Assembly (NCBI RefSeq): GCF_001194135.2
Contig: NC_068986.1
Location: 43,999,126-44,063,125, forward strand
Direction: 5' to 3'
From: Octopus bimaculoides
Taxonomy: Eukaryota
Length of the DNA: 64,000 bases
The translations under genes and the position numbers were made by a program. How positions within the stretch are numbered: position 1 is the first letter of the stretch; every line of letters begins with the position of its first letter. The notes beneath the pieces were generated by a model. The model made no database searches and was not told the DNA's origin. It saw only the letters and a list, made by a program, of their open reading frames with translations. Shown here piece by piece: positions 63,758-64,000 of the stretch.

Positions 63758-64000
63758 ATGGCAGCTACCAAGATTAGGATCACCAGCGATGTGATCAGGC
63801 CTTTTAATGGCAAAGGAGATGTGATGGCTTGGATATGAAAAATTAGGCTCGTTGCCAAGCTGCAAGGAATAAGTGATGTGGCGAGTCTCATGGCTCTGTA
63901 CTTGGAAGGGAGCGCCCTGACCCTCTACCTAGAAATGGACGAGGAAGAAAGATTAAGTGCAGAGAATGTCGAATGGAGGCTGAGAGAGGCATATACGGAG
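63758..64000 (+). pseudogene. Gypsy-type gag N-terminus with an in-frame TGA at 63836-63838, truncated by the window end
   Basis: MAATKIRITSDVIRPFNGKGDVMAWI*KIRLVAKLQGISDVASLMALYLEGSALTLYLEMDEEERLSAENVEWRLREAYTE. The PF.G.GDV.AW..K..LVAKLQ and LYLEG.AL.LY pattern is typical of invertebrate gypsy gag. Confidence 0.8.

Overview
AT-rich, intron-rich animal genomic DNA with five N-gaps. The repeat families look like those of Octopus (recalled, not searched). Two host genes diverge from a CpG-retaining region at about 28.2-29.7 kb. (1) CPSF1 on the minus strand: 14 phase-consistent GT-AG coding exons (26203 down to 2117; 1545 nt, 515 codons), continuing past the left edge. (2) An unnamed plus-strand gene whose exons (38804-63271) splice into an RRM followed by the start of an extended-Tudor-like fold, a TDRD10-like architecture. 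It is barely visible in the ORF track. The introns are packed with transposons: RTE LINE bodies and many short 3' tails, CR1/jockey-group fragments, several tRNA-derived SINE families, a full-length decayed DD34D mariner, a full-length decayed DD41D-type element, Helitron relics, hAT-, Tc1/mariner- and piggyBac-type MITEs, a solo LTR nested in a SINE and a gypsy LTR/gag start. The most unusual structures are a foldback element with a loop-less telomere-repeat palindrome at its centre next to a CPSF1 micro-exon, and a 324-bp near-perfect hairpin. No CRISPR array, rRNA or intact tRNA gene was seen. All calls are by eye, without database searches.
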